A DNA stretch of 57,534 nt from assembly GCA_040384705.1 (NCBI GenBank), contig JAZKIU010000002.1, positions 1 through 57,534 on the forward strand. Reading direction: 5' to 3'. Position numbers and translations under genes: made by a program. Below the pieces are notes generated by a model, which saw only the letters and a program-made list of their open reading frames with translations, was not told the DNA's origin and did not search any database. The stretch comes from Patescibacteria group bacterium. Its GTDB lineage: Bacteria > Patescibacteriota > Minisyncoccia > Phycocordibacterales > Phycocordibacteraceae. This document shows, piece after piece, positions 26,480 through 35,996 of the stretch (position 1 is the first letter of the stretch; each line of letters opens with the position of its first letter).

Positions 26480-27733
26480 ATGATTGAACGATTGAGGACG
26501 TCCCTGGTCCGCGTGCTCCGCTTGAGCGAGAAGTATACGAGAACCGATATGGTGTACCTCACCAAGGGCGGCTTTTGGCTTCTCGTCGGGCACGCCATAC
26601 AGGCGGTGAGCGGGCTCGTCCTCGCGATAGCATTCGCGAACCTCATCCCTAAAGAGGTGTACGGAACGTACCAGTTCGTCATGTCGGCGGCGGTCATCGT
26701 TTCCGCGTTCACGCTCACGGGCATGGATGCCGCCGTCTCGCGCGCGGTGGCGCGCGGTTCCGAAGGCGCGCTGCGCGCCGGGTTCCACGCGCAGCTTAGG
26801 TGGAGCGTGCTTATCGCGCTTGCGGGCGCGGTGCTCGCAGCCTATTACCATCTGAATGGGAACGATGTCCTCGCGCTCTCGTTCCTCATCGTCGGAGCAT
26901 GCTCTCCCCTTCTTGAGGGGTTCGGGCTCGCTCGCTCGTACCTGGTGGGCAAGAAGCTCTTCCGCGAGACGGCGCTCCAGGGGCTCGCCCGCAGGATTCT
27001 TCCCGTGATGCTCCTCATTGTCACGGTCTTCGTGACGCACGACCCGGTACTCATCGTGCTTATGTACTTCGTCTCGCACACCGTATCGGCTGGTTTTCTC
27101 TATCTCCTCGTCGTGCGCCACTACCGCCTCCCGAAGACCGAGGAGACGGAGATGGTGGCGTACAGCAAGCACCTCAGCGTCCTGCGAACGCTGTCGGACA
27201 TAACAGGACAAGCGGACAAGGTGCTGGTCTGGGCATTTCTCGGGGCCGCTCCCTTGGCCGCCTATGCGCTCGCGCAACTGCCCGTAACCCACCTCCAGGG
27301 CATATTCAAGCTGTTCCGGTCGCTCGTTGCGCCGAAGTTCGCCACCGCCTCGTTCACCGACCTTAAGGAGACCCTGCCCCGGAAAGTGCGAATCTTCTTC
27401 CTCATAACGGTCGCGATAGCCGCCGGATACATTCTTGCGGCCCCGTTCCTATTCGCGCTTATCTTCCCCAGCTATCCAGAAGCGGTACCGCTCTCGCAGG
27501 CGTTCGCGCTCGCATTGCTCGGGGCTTCCGGCATATTCTACAGCCAGGCCCTGACCGCGCATGAGAAGAAGCGTGAGCTCTATACCATAAGCATCAGCCA
27601 GAACATCCTGCGCATAGCATTGCTGGTAGTACTCTTGCCTCTCTATGGCATATGGGGCGCGGTCGCGGCCTTCCTCTTCCATCATCTCTATATAAATGTC
27701 GCGATACGTATATTATTCAGGTATGCGAAATAG
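26480..27733 (+). CDS. Oligosaccharide/polysaccharide flippase (Wzx / MOP superfamily)
   Basis: 417 aa, about 12 TM helices, typical Polysacc_synt-type sequence. TAGTAT/TATAAA -10 boxes lie 5-8 nt upstream of the ATG. Confidence 0.85.
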   Translation: MIERLRTSLVRVLRLSEKYTRTDMVYLTKGGFWLLVGHAIQAVSGLVLAIAFANLIPKEVYGTYQFVMSAAVIVSAFTLTGMDAAVSRAVARGSEGALRAGFHAQLRWSVLIALAGAVLAAYYHLNGNDVLALSFLIVGACSPLLEGFGLARSYLVGKKLFRETALQGLARRILPVMLLIVTVFVTHDPVLIVLMYFVSHTVSAGFLYLLVVRHYRLPKTEETEMVAYSKHLSVLRTLSDITGQADKVLVWAFLGAAPLAAYALAQLPVTHLQGIFKLFRSLVAPKFATASFTDLKETLPRKVRIFFLITVAIAAGYILAAPFLFALIFPSYPEAVPLSQAFALALLGASGIFYSQALTAHEKKRELYTISISQNILRIALLVVLLPLYGIWGAVAAFLFHHLYINVAIRILFRYAK

Positions 27734-27753
27734 GCGTACGCCATACCCGAGCA

Positions 27754-27762
27754 TGCTACAGT
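27754..27762 (+). promoter_or_regulatory. Extended -10 TGCTACAGT, 13 nt upstream of the ATG at 27776
   Basis: Read directly from the plus strand. Confidence 0.4.
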
Positions 27763-27775
27763 TACGCTTTCCATC

Positions 27776-28513
27776 ATGGCACCAGACTTGAGCGATACGC
27801 AGCGCCATCTTCCCTTCTTCAAGCGCTGGCTGAAATCAGTACTCTCCCTGCCCGTGGTCGTGAAGCACGTCCGGCGCATCCTCGAGCTCCAGGACTGGTT
27901 CATCGTTCCCACTACCCCAGAGCAGAAAGAGATAGTTCGTCTCGTAAAGCGGATAAAGCGTGAGGTCCGCATGGCGCTCAACAACCAGGAGGCCTATCAG
28001 ATATACACGACGGTCCAGAAGGTAGCGAAAGTCAAAGGCGCGCTCGCTGAGGTCGGCGTATTCAAGGGAGCGTCCGCACGCCTCATCTGCCGCGTGAAGG
28101 GCGAGAAGAAGCTCTATCTCTTCGATACGTTCGATGGCCTTCCGCCGCTCGAGAAGATAGACGAAGCGCATTTCTATGAAGGCCAGTTCGCGACCGACTT
28201 CGAGAAGGTCTCCGCATTCTTCGCGAATGACCCGAACGTCATCATAGGGAGAGGCCTATTCCCCGCCGATACCGGACACATCGCGAAGGACGAAACGTTC
28301 TCATTCGTGCACCTCGACGTGGATCTATACCAGGGCACGAAGGACTGCCTGGAGTATTTCTATCCACGACTCGCCACCGGTGGCGTTATCCTCTGCCACG
28401 ATTACGCGACCATCCCGGGCGTACGCAAAGCCGTCGATGATTTCTTCAGGGACAAGCGCGAGGTCGTCCTGGAGTCCTCCCGGAGCCAAGCGCTTATCGT
28501 AAAAGTTTCCTGA
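27776..28513 (+). CDS. TylF/MycF-family (macrocin-type) O-methyltransferase
   Basis: GALAEVGVFKGASARL...LFDTFDGLP...VHLDVDLY...GGVILCHDY matches the TylF-family pattern. Confidence 0.85.
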   Translation: MAPDLSDTQRHLPFFKRWLKSVLSLPVVVKHVRRILELQDWFIVPTTPEQKEIVRLVKRIKREVRMALNNQEAYQIYTTVQKVAKVKGALAEVGVFKGASARLICRVKGEKKLYLFDTFDGLPPLEKIDEAHFYEGQFATDFEKVSAFFANDPNVIIGRGLFPADTGHIAKDETFSFVHLDVDLYQGTKDCLEYFYPRLATGGVILCHDYATIPGVRKAVDDFFRDKREVVLESSRSQALIVKVS

Positions 28514-29543
28514 GAAAGGAGGTGAGCCCGGTCGTGCTCGCCGCATTCCGGACGATGTTCCACAAATGCCAAACAGCGAGTCCGGCACCGGTCAGGGCCC
28601 TGTCCACGAGCGAGATCTTCCGGCCCTCCGTCTCGCAGAGGAACAGGAAGTAGCGCTCCCAGTGCGTGCTTATGAATGCAGGCACATCGGGCGTTCGCTT
28701 CGCGCTCGGCATCCCTTCCCCGAGCTGCTGGCGCAGATGCGGCTCGCTGAGGAGGCTTCCGCGCCATAGGAGCGTCCGGAAGATAGCGGAATCGAGGGGA
28801 ACGAATACGTTCTCGAGCATGTACGAGAATATCCGCTTCGTCTGCGCGCTCGCTCCGCACGGCGGCCAGTGCGGGAAGTATGCGGAGCCGGGTACCTCGA
28901 TAGCATCCCTGAACTGCACGTACGCGTATTTCAGGATGCTATCGCGATGCACGCAGGATATGAATTCGAACAGGTCGAACGCTAGTATCGCATCGCAGAA
29001 ATCCTTCAGGGCTTCGCGGCGAGCGATGAAATAGAAGTCGTGGATGAAATAATCTACCGGGCGCGCAAGCGGCACCCCGATGCTGCCTGGGTGATACGAA
29101 TCGTTTTGCATGCCAGCGAAGAACGAGTCGAGCAGCTTCCTCAGGTCCACGTACGTATCGGTCCGTACCCGCACCACGTATTCGACGTCCGCGAGCTTCT
29201 CGAGCTCGATGAGGCCATGGCGTATCCCGATGAACTGCCGGTATTTGTTGCGGCTCCTCGTCGTGTACTTCCTTCTCCGCACCTCGCCCGGGTCGGGCAT
29301 GGAGACGAGCGTCGCTCCCTTCCACCCATCGTCCGGAAGCACTTCGCTGTCCCACGTCGCGACGACTATCGTATCAAAAAGCGCGCCGTACTCGTCGATC
29401 ATCCGCTGGATGTTCTCCCGGCAATCGTAGCGGACGAATCCCTTCTCTCCGAGGACCTTTTTCTGTATGTGCGCCTTCTTTCCTTCGTTTCCGATGGATA
29501 GAAGCGGGCCCTGGATGACGAGACCTATCTTCTCCTTCGTCAT
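28494..29543 (-). CDS. Hypothetical glycan-biosynthesis protein (possibly WavE-family)
   Basis: 349 aa. The N-terminal IGLVIQGPL resembles my recollection of WavE proteins, so this is tentative. There is an ATGA overlap with the upstream nucleotidyltransferase gene. Confidence 0.5.
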   Translation of the reverse strand: MTKEKIGLVIQGPLLSIGNEGKKAHIQKKVLGEKGFVRYDCRENIQRMIDEYGALFDTIVVATWDSEVLPDDGWKGATLVSMPDPGEVRRRKYTTRSRNKYRQFIGIRHGLIELEKLADVEYVVRVRTDTYVDLRKLLDSFFAGMQNDSYHPGSIGVPLARPVDYFIHDFYFIARREALKDFCDAILAFDLFEFISCVHRDSILKYAYVQFRDAIEVPGSAYFPHWPPCGASAQTKRIFSYMLENVFVPLDSAIFRTLLWRGSLLSEPHLRQQLGEGMPSAKRTPDVPAFISTHWERYFLFLCETEGRKISLVDRALTGAGLAVWHLWNIVRNAASTTGLTSFLRKLLR

Positions 29544-30256
29544 ACAAGCGCGCGGAGCAGGCGTTCCGCCTCCTGCAAGGCCGGAATGTTACCCGTATCA
29601 AGCCAGGTCCTGAAAGGTATCCACTTGAACTTCGTGCCCTGCGCGCTCATGCGCTCTACGACAGGCACGTCCCCGAGCGACTGATCGGCAGGGTCGTTCA
29701 GATACACTTCTTCCACTGCGTCCCAGAATGATTCGTAGCTATGAATGCCCGTCATGCCTATGTGGATGGAATCGAATCGAGCAGCTCCCTTGCTTTGGAT
29801 TTCCGTTATGTATCCATCGACTACCGTATGGCTCCCGTATTGAGCAATATCTATAGCGCTCGGCTCGGTGAGGTAGCCTGCCACCCAGTCCTCGGTTGGC
29901 GGCGGCACCGCCTCAAGGACGATGGTATCGCAGGCGTGGAATATGAACGGGCACTGGAGCAGCGCCTTTGCGGAGCGCATGGAGTACAGGAGGCTACTTC
30001 CCTCGCCGATGAACGGGTCGACCGTTACGAATTCGAACTTCCTGTCGGGGTACTCGGAAAGAAGAAAGTCCTTGACCTGGTCTCCCAGATATCCGAGCGT
30101 GACTACGACCGGGATGTCCTTCGCGTATGAATCGAGGACATACGAGACCGTCGCCCGGCCATTAACAGGAACGAGCGCCTTGTTGGTGTCCTTGGTCAAT
30201 TCACCAAGGCGCGAGCCTGTTCCCGATGCGGTGAGCAGTAGCTTGTACGAGGGCAT
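29540..30256 (-). CDS. Sugar-phosphate nucleotidyltransferase (stand-alone paralogue of the N-terminal domain of 30267..31829)
   Basis: LLLTASGTGSRLGELTKDTNKALVPV... It is roughly 50% identical by eye to the neighbour's first 230 aa, including QCPFIFHACDT. Confidence 0.85.
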   Translation of the reverse strand: MPSYKLLLTASGTGSRLGELTKDTNKALVPVNGRATVSYVLDSYAKDIPVVVTLGYLGDQVKDFLLSEYPDRKFEFVTVDPFIGEGSSLLYSMRSAKALLQCPFIFHACDTIVLEAVPPPTEDWVAGYLTEPSAIDIAQYGSHTVVDGYITEIQSKGAARFDSIHIGMTGIHSYESFWDAVEEVYLNDPADQSLGDVPVVERMSAQGTKFKWIPFRTWLDTGNIPALQEAERLLRALV

Positions 30257-30266
30257 GGAGCAAGGA

Positions 30267-31829
30267 TTACGCCTGAAGGGAGCGCCACAGATGCAGCTTG
30301 CCGAAATAATAGAGGAAGAGATTGAACGGATGGTGATGCAGCGGCGCCATGTTGAGCCAGATGAGCGCGGTGAGCGTCTCTACCCTGCGGGTATCATACC
30401 CATGCTCCGCGAGGAACCGCAGCAGTACCGCCTGGCAATCGACGAGCGCGCTCGGCCGCAGGATATCGACCAGCACATTCTTGCCCTCCGTTTCCATGGA
30501 ATACAGGTTCTCGTTGATCATCCGATGGTTAACGGTGAGATTATGGTTGAGCTTCGCAAGGTCGTAGTACCTATCGCCCGAACGGAGCAGCCCGCCGAAG
30601 TCCTGCCTCCAGTCGATGAGGCAATAGCCGTCCTCCGTCTTCAGGATGTTGTCGAGTATGAAATCCCCGTGGAAGCGGGACTGGAGGCCCTGCGAGAGCG
30701 AATCGAAGTCCACCTGCTCGAGCATCTCCTTGAGCGATGGGATTTGCTCCCCATTGATGATGTGCTCAGTATCCTGCAGGCTGTTCGCCTCCAGGAACTG
30801 TGCGATACGCTTCTGCGTCTTATTCTGGTAGAAGGAACGGCAGACCTCGGAGAACGTCGCGGGGTCGACCTCGTCCTCTTCGTTCCAGAACGCCTCCTCT
30901 ATCCACGTCAGGAACTTCTTGAAGTCGGCCGGCTGGGCGACATGCGAGTATAGGTCACCCTGAACGAATGCGTAGCGGTAGAAGTTCCCCGCGACCCCCT
31001 CCATCCTTGGGACGAACCCGTTGAGCAAGTGTCCACGCTCGGCACGGTTCTTGACGACGTTCGCATCAGCAAAGAATTTGATGACGTGAGTATCGAAAAT
31101 GAATATGGTCTCGCCCGACTTATAGAGATCGTCGGGCGAGCTTCCCTCTTCGCGCCTGGCAGCCTGAAGCCCGGCCACGTTGCCGACATCATTCCAGGTC
31201 CCGAACTCAGCGGTAGCGACCGGCGTTCCGGACGCTATCATGTCCGCGAGCACGCGGCAGTCGTTCAACGCCTCGCCCGCGAAGTCGGTTCCCACCAATC
31301 GACCGAGCGTATCCCAGAACAACTGGAAGTCATGCACTCCTATTAGGCCGATATGGATGTAATCAGAATCGATAGCGCCCTTGTCATGAAATTGCAGCGT
31401 TCCTTCTTGGAGCGTCCATGATGCGTACTGCGAGGTGTCCTCGCCTTTGAAGACGCCGACCCAGTTCTCTGTTGGTGCCGGGATCTCGTCCGTTACCAAC
31501 GTGTCGCACGCATGGAAGATGAACGGGCACTGAAGCGCGTCCTTCGCCTGGAACATCGAACGCCCGAGACTGCTGCCCGGTCCTTCGTACGGGTCGACGG
31601 TGACGTACTCGACCGCGAGCTTCGGATACGCCAAACCGATGAAGTCCCGTACCTGTTCCCCGAAATAGCCGAGCGTGACGACGAAATGCGTGTCTTCCGG
31701 GTACGATTCGATGATGTGCGATATCACGGGCTTCGTGCCGATGCGCACCAACGCCTTATTGGTGTACTCCGTCAATTCTCCGAGCCGCTGCCCGACGCCG
31801 GAGGTGGTGATGAGGACCTTGTGGGTCAT
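30267..31829 (-). CDS. Bifunctional nucleotidyltransferase + APH-fold kinase (AmgK/NahK/choline-kinase type)
   Basis: The N-terminus VLITTSGVGQRLGELTEYTNKALV is the nucleotidyltransferase part. The C-terminus has HGDFILDNIL...LIDWRQDFGG (HxDxxxxN and D-x-x kinase motifs). The ATG at 31829 forms an ATGA overlap with the rpe stop; the track start at 31925 lies inside rpe. Confidence 0.85.
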   Translation of the reverse strand: MTHKVLITTSGVGQRLGELTEYTNKALVRIGTKPVISHIIESYPEDTHFVVTLGYFGEQVRDFIGLAYPKLAVEYVTVDPYEGPGSSLGRSMFQAKDALQCPFIFHACDTLVTDEIPAPTENWVGVFKGEDTSQYASWTLQEGTLQFHDKGAIDSDYIHIGLIGVHDFQLFWDTLGRLVGTDFAGEALNDCRVLADMIASGTPVATAEFGTWNDVGNVAGLQAARREEGSSPDDLYKSGETIFIFDTHVIKFFADANVVKNRAERGHLLNGFVPRMEGVAGNFYRYAFVQGDLYSHVAQPADFKKFLTWIEEAFWNEEDEVDPATFSEVCRSFYQNKTQKRIAQFLEANSLQDTEHIINGEQIPSLKEMLEQVDFDSLSQGLQSRFHGDFILDNILKTEDGYCLIDWRQDFGGLLRSGDRYYDLAKLNHNLTVNHRMINENLYSMETEGKNVLVDILRPSALVDCQAVLLRFLAEHGYDTRRVETLTALIWLNMAPLHHHPFNLFLYYFGKLHLWRSLQA

Positions 31830-32512
31830 GAGGTTCGTGCGAGCTCTGCGTCGATATGATTGCGGAATGAACGCACGGACTCCGCCAGGTCCGGACCCTT
31901 CTTGTATACCGCGGAGGTGCCGCATACGAGCAGGTCCGCTCCTGCGTTCACCATGGCCGCTGCGCTCTCGGGGGAGACGCCCCCGTCTATCTCGATACGT
32001 ATACCGGGATATCCTTCGAGCTTCGTCCGCAGGTCGCTGATCTTATCCATCATGGAAGGTATGAGCTTGTGGCCCAGGATGCCCGGGTTTATCGCCATGA
32101 GCATGACGAGCTCGATGTCGCCGAGCACGTAGTCGAGCACGGAAAGCGAAGTGGCAGGATTCAATGCGACGCCCGCACGCGCGCCGAGGGCGCGAATGGT
32201 TCGAATGGTCTGATGGAGATGCTTCGTCGACTCCGCGTGCACCACCATGATATCGGCGCCCGCGTCGATGAATACCTTCGCGTAGCGCTCCGGGTCATCG
32301 ATCATGAGGTGCACATCAACCGGCAGCGTGCTCAGCTCCTTCACCGAAGCGAGGAGTTCCGGATACAGCCCGAGGCGCGGCACGAAGCTGCCGTCCATGA
32401 CATCGAAGTGGAGCGCGTCCATGCCGCCCGCTTCGAGCGCTTTCAGCTCTTCGGCAAGCGTTGCCGGAGAACCGCAGATGAGGGAAGCCGATAGTTGGTA
32501 GGGGCGAGCCAT
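31826..32512 (-). CDS. rpe: Ribulose-phosphate 3-epimerase family (Rpe/AlsE-like)
   Basis: HFDVMDGSFVPRLG...VDVHLMIDDP...EIDGGV is the family signature. Confidence 0.88.
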   Translation of the reverse strand: MARPYQLSASLICGSPATLAEELKALEAGGMDALHFDVMDGSFVPRLGLYPELLASVKELSTLPVDVHLMIDDPERYAKVFIDAGADIMVVHAESTKHLHQTIRTIRALGARAGVALNPATSLSVLDYVLGDIELVMLMAINPGILGHKLIPSMMDKISDLRTKLEGYPGIRIEIDGGVSPESAAAMVNAGADLLVCGTSAVYKKGPDLAESVRSFRNHIDAELARTS

Positions 32513-32515
32513 ATG

Positions 32516-33070
32516 TTATTCGAGATTAGAGTGACGGCCCCACATGGTCTCGTGGGTTTCCCCCATATCTTTCATGAGACGCAATACTACCGCGTCGAAG
32601 AATATTCCCAAGCACTGCTCGTTGAGCGTCGTCATTGGCTGAACGGAAATGAAGTCCGCTACGAGCTTTGTCTTGGATGGGGCTTCTACCTTTACCACTA
32701 CATCTGCAAGGGTGCCCATGCGTGACTCCGGATTACCGGTGATGAGCGCGATACGAGCGTTATTCTTTTTAGCGATGGCAACGAGATCGTAGATGGTCTG
32801 GGTCTCGCCGGAACCTGAAGCCACGAGCAGGAGATCCCCTTCCGAGATAGAGGGTACCGTGGCGTCCCCGAGCATGTGCGCATCGAGACCCAGGTGAGCG
32901 AGCCGCATCGCGAACCCGCGTACTGCCATGCCCACCCTTCCTGCGCCTACGAGCGCTATCTTCCGTGCCGAGCGTATGGCGCCCACCAACTCGTTCACCT
33001 CCTGTTCGTCCACCTTGCCGAGGACCGTTCCTATCTCCGCTAGGATGGTGGCGATGTCTTGCCTGGTCAT
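32516..33070 (-). CDS. SIS-domain sugar-phosphate isomerase, 6-phospho-3-hexuloisomerase (PHI/HxlB)-like
   Basis: VGAGRVGMAVRGFAMRLAHLG...GDLLLVASGSGET...ITGNPESRMGTLAD follows the HxlB pattern. The ATG at 33070 is preferred over the GTG at 33103, which overlaps the upstream gene. Confidence 0.8.
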   Translation of the reverse strand: MTRQDIATILAEIGTVLGKVDEQEVNELVGAIRSARKIALVGAGRVGMAVRGFAMRLAHLGLDAHMLGDATVPSISEGDLLLVASGSGETQTIYDLVAIAKKNNARIALITGNPESRMGTLADVVVKVEAPSKTKLVADFISVQPMTTLNEQCLGIFFDAVVLRLMKDMGETHETMWGRHSNLE

Positions 33071-33087
33071 ACCTCTATAGTACAGCG

Positions 33088-33606
33088 TTATTGCGTGCCC
33101 CACTCACCCGCAGTGAGCTTGCCGTTCATAGGATCGAACGGCGTGAAGAACTTCTCGAGTATATGCAGGCAGGCTTCGGCGACCGCGCTATTCCCGCCGA
33201 CCGACTCGGTGACGAAATCGGCTTTCGCTTTCGTCGTATAGAACGCGTTCGCTGGAGCGATGCCATAGGCGACCGCATCGAAGACCGCAGCATCGAATAT
33301 CCCGTCCCCCATATATATGGTCTCCTCCGGGGCGAACCCGTTCTCCTTCATCCAGGCGACCCGCTCGAACGTGCTCGCGAGCTCCAGTCGGAGCTTCATA
33401 TCATCCACTATCCGCCTCTTCGAGATGTCGAACCCTTTCCTGTCCCCGGTCACGGCGCAGATATTCAGGTGAGGCTTGAGGAGGAGGAGCGCATCGTTAT
33501 CATCGGCCCCGAAGGCCTTCATGACCTTGCCTTCGGTCGAGTAGTAGAAACGGCCGTCCGTGAGCACGCCGTCCACGTCGAGGATGAAGTTCTTGACCTT
33601 TTCCAT
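33088..33606 (-). CDS. HAD-IIIA phosphatase, KdsC/sugar-acid-phosphate phosphatase-like
   Basis: FILDVDGVLTDG...KAFGADDNDAL...YMGDGIFDA is the KdsC-family pattern. Confidence 0.82.
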   Translation of the reverse strand: MEKVKNFILDVDGVLTDGRFYYSTEGKVMKAFGADDNDALLLLKPHLNICAVTGDRKGFDISKRRIVDDMKLRLELASTFERVAWMKENGFAPEETIYMGDGIFDAAVFDAVAYGIAPANAFYTTKAKADFVTESVGGNSAVAEACLHILEKFFTPFDPMNGKLTAGEWGTQ

Positions 33607-33614
33607 AGGGCCTC

Positions 33615-33623
33615 ATTCTAGCA
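33615..33623 (-). promoter_or_regulatory. Extended -10 TGCTAGAAT, 8 nt upstream of the ATG at 33606 (leaderless-type)
   Basis: The minus strand reads GGTGCTAGAATGAGGCCCT-ATG. Confidence 0.55.
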
Positions 33624-33655
33624 CCAGCCGAGCCTAGGAGGTTACTGCCAGGAGA

Positions 33656-33684
33656 TTGACAAAACTAAACAATATGAGTATAAT
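33656..33684 (+). promoter_or_regulatory. Consensus sigma70-type promoter TTGACA-N17-TATAAT for the Nudix gene
   Basis: ttgaca at 33656..33661, a 17-nt spacer, then tataat at 33679..33684. An AGGAG Shine-Dalgarno-like motif follows, then the ATG at 33720. Confidence 0.75.
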
Positions 33685-33719
33685 AGAAGCTGGACGTTGA
33701 TCATAGGAGATTCTTAGAG

Positions 33720-34154
33720 ATGGGACACAGTAAGCACGGATGCGGCATGTTGCTGCTTACCGAGCGCTGCCGGAACCGGGGAGCATACCCCTGGATGAAG
33801 CAGATGCCGGAAGCCCCGGCCCTCCTGCTTCTGCAGCGCGGATACGCCGCCCCCACCTTCCCTGGCCACTGGGGAGCCCCCGGCGGACTCACAGAACTGG
33901 GCGAGACGAGGACGGAAACCGCTGTCCGCGAGACCCTCGAGGAGATCGGGATCGTGGCCACGCCCGACCCGAATCCCTTCTACGAGGGTGAATGGGTCGA
34001 CCGCGACCTGTCGTACTTCACCGGCGACTGGCACGGGCCGGAAGTCCTTCTTCCTCAGGCCAGCGAGGTCTGCGGATACGGGTTCTTCCTGTACGAGCAC
34101 GCGCTCGCGCTTCACCTCTCTTTCAAGTACCGGGAAGCGATCCAGCTTCTCTAG
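33720..34154 (+). CDS. NUDIX hydrolase
   Basis: The Nudix box is GGLTELGETRTETAVRETLEEIGI. Confidence 0.85.
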   Translation: MGHSKHGCGMLLLTERCRNRGAYPWMKQMPEAPALLLLQRGYAAPTFPGHWGAPGGLTELGETRTETAVRETLEEIGIVATPDPNPFYEGEWVDRDLSYFTGDWHGPEVLLPQASEVCGYGFFLYEHALALHLSFKYREAIQLL

Positions 34155-34287
34155 ACCACCCTGCCGTCCGGATTCAACCCCGGGCGGCAGACTTTTTACA
34201 TACCGATGCAACTCCACGTCCCGACACCTGGTTCACTCTATTGTCCCCCACGCCCCAGCGGGTGTATAACAATCAGTATTCGCCTCA

Positions 34288-35274
34288 ATGGATAAGAAGG
34301 TACTCATCACCGACGCGGTTCACCCCGACGCGATAGCCCGCCTCAGGGAGGAGGGGTTTTCGGTGACCGAGCTCGCTGAAGAGGAGCGCGAGAACCTCCA
34401 CGATCTGATCGAACCCTATCATGCGGTCGTCTGCCGCACGTCGACGACCTGCGACATCACTATGTTCGAGAAGGCGCCGAACCTTTCCGCCATCGCCATC
34501 GCTTCTACCGGATACGATCGGATAGACACCGCCGAAGCGAAGCGCCGCAATATCGCGGTCCTCGGGCTCCCTTCGTTCAATCACGACATCGACCCCGAGC
34601 AGGACGGGAACTTCGTCTCGACCGCAGAGCATGCCGTACTCCTCATCCTCGCCGTCCTCGGCGATTTCTATCACGCATACGAGAGCATGAAGGCCGGCCG
34701 CTGGGAGAAGAAGTTCCTGGTCGGGAACGAGCTCGCGAACAAGACGGTAGGGCTCTTCGGCTATGGACGCATCGCGACCCTAGTCGCACGGCGCCTTCAA
34801 GCGTTCCGTGTCTCGGTCATCGCCCACGACCCGTATGCGGACCCGGAGAAGGCGGTACGCGAGAATGTCGAGCTCGTCCCGTTCGAAGAGCTCTGCGAAC
34901 GCTCGGACCTCATCAGCATCCACGCGCCCCGCACGAAGGAGACCGAAGGCAGGTTCGACCGCGACGCATTCGCACGGATGAAGGAGGGCGTATTCATCGT
35001 GAACACCGCGCGCGCTATCGTCATCGATGAGCCAGCGCTCATCGATGCCCTGCATTCAGGCAAGGTGAAGCGTGTCGCCATGGACGTCTTCCACGACGAG
35101 CCGGACGGAGTGCATGAGGGCATGAGCCGGAAGCTCATCGAAATGCCCTGCGTCATCGCGACCCCACATATCGGCGGATCGACCCACGAAGCATGGCGAC
35201 GCATATCCATGAACGCTGCGGATAACGTGATTTCCTTCTTCAAGGGAGAGGAGGTGAAGAATCGTATCGTATGA
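34288..35274 (+). CDS. D-isomer-specific 2-hydroxyacid dehydrogenase (PGDH/GyaR-like), NAD-binding
   Basis: GLFGYGRIATLVARRL, HAPRTKET, NTARA..IDE and TPHIGGST motifs are present. Confidence 0.88.
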   Translation: MDKKVLITDAVHPDAIARLREEGFSVTELAEEERENLHDLIEPYHAVVCRTSTTCDITMFEKAPNLSAIAIASTGYDRIDTAEAKRRNIAVLGLPSFNHDIDPEQDGNFVSTAEHAVLLILAVLGDFYHAYESMKAGRWEKKFLVGNELANKTVGLFGYGRIATLVARRLQAFRVSVIAHDPYADPEKAVRENVELVPFEELCERSDLISIHAPRTKETEGRFDRDAFARMKEGVFIVNTARAIVIDEPALIDALHSGKVKRVAMDVFHDEPDGVHEGMSRKLIEMPCVIATPHIGGSTHEAWRRISMNAADNVISFFKGEEVKNRIV

Positions 35275-35996
35275 AGGCGATAATCCTCGCGGCAGGAGAA
35301 TCGAAACGGCTATACCCGCTCACGCTCGATAAGCCGAAGTCGCTCCTTCCGATAGAGGACAAGACCATTCTCGATCATCAGGTCGAAAGCTTGGTCGCCG
35401 TAGGGATAGAGGAACTCATACTCGTCGTTGGATACCACAAGCAACTGATCGTGGACCATCTGAAGGAGAAGGGCTATCCGATACGGATAACCTACATCGA
35501 GAACGAGCAATACAGAACGACGGGTCCTATCCTCGGCGGCCTCGCGCTCGTTAAGGAATACTTCCAAGAGCCGGTCATCTTCTTCCACTGCGACGTCCTC
35601 TTCGAGACCGATGCGCTCACGCGCCTTCTCGCGGACCCGCGTGACTCGGTCATGCTCTACCGCGCAGGAGCCTGGGACGAAGAAGCGGGCAAGATAGTCG
35701 TCGATCCTCAAACGAGCCGTGTTCTCGAATGCGGCAAGCACATCGAGCAGGAGCGCGCGAGCGGAGAATACCTGCAGATCGCAAAGTTCGGCGCTAGCTT
35801 CGGAGCCGCGCTTGTCGACACTATCGAGCTTCGAGGAACTACCGGTAACGACGGGTTCACTATCGATGCATTCAATGACGTCGTGCGCGCAGGCGAGATA
35901 GAAGCGTACGGACTCCCCTTCGACGCCCTCACTTCGGAGATAGATACGCCCGAAGACTATGAAGCAGCGAAGCGGGCGTGGAAGGAAAGGATATGA
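35271..35996 (+). CDS. Nucleotidyltransferase (LicC/NTP_transferase-like)
   Basis: MKAIILAAGESKRLYPLTLDKPKSLLPI. There is an ATGA overlap with the dehydrogenase stop. Confidence 0.85.
   Translation: MKAIILAAGESKRLYPLTLDKPKSLLPIEDKTILDHQVESLVAVGIEELILVVGYHKQLIVDHLKEKGYPIRITYIENEQYRTTGPILGGLALVKEYFQEPVIFFHCDVLFETDALTRLLADPRDSVMLYRAGAWDEEAGKIVVDPQTSRVLECGKHIEQERASGEYLQIAKFGASFGAALVDTIELRGTTGNDGFTIDAFNDVVRAGEIEAYGLPFDALTSEIDTPEDYEAAKRAWKERI

Noticed and set aside
26426-27292. N-terminal 289 aa of the 499-aa minus-strand track ORF 25793..27292.
   Set aside because: This part is antisense to a convincing 12-TM flippase gene and is Arg/His/Glu/Asp-rich nonsense. Only the C-terminal 210 aa, starting at a Walker A motif, look like a real protein.
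33714-34217. 167-aa minus-strand ORF.
   Set aside because: It is antisense to the Nudix gene, which has a textbook Nudix box, a consensus promoter and a Shine-Dalgarno.
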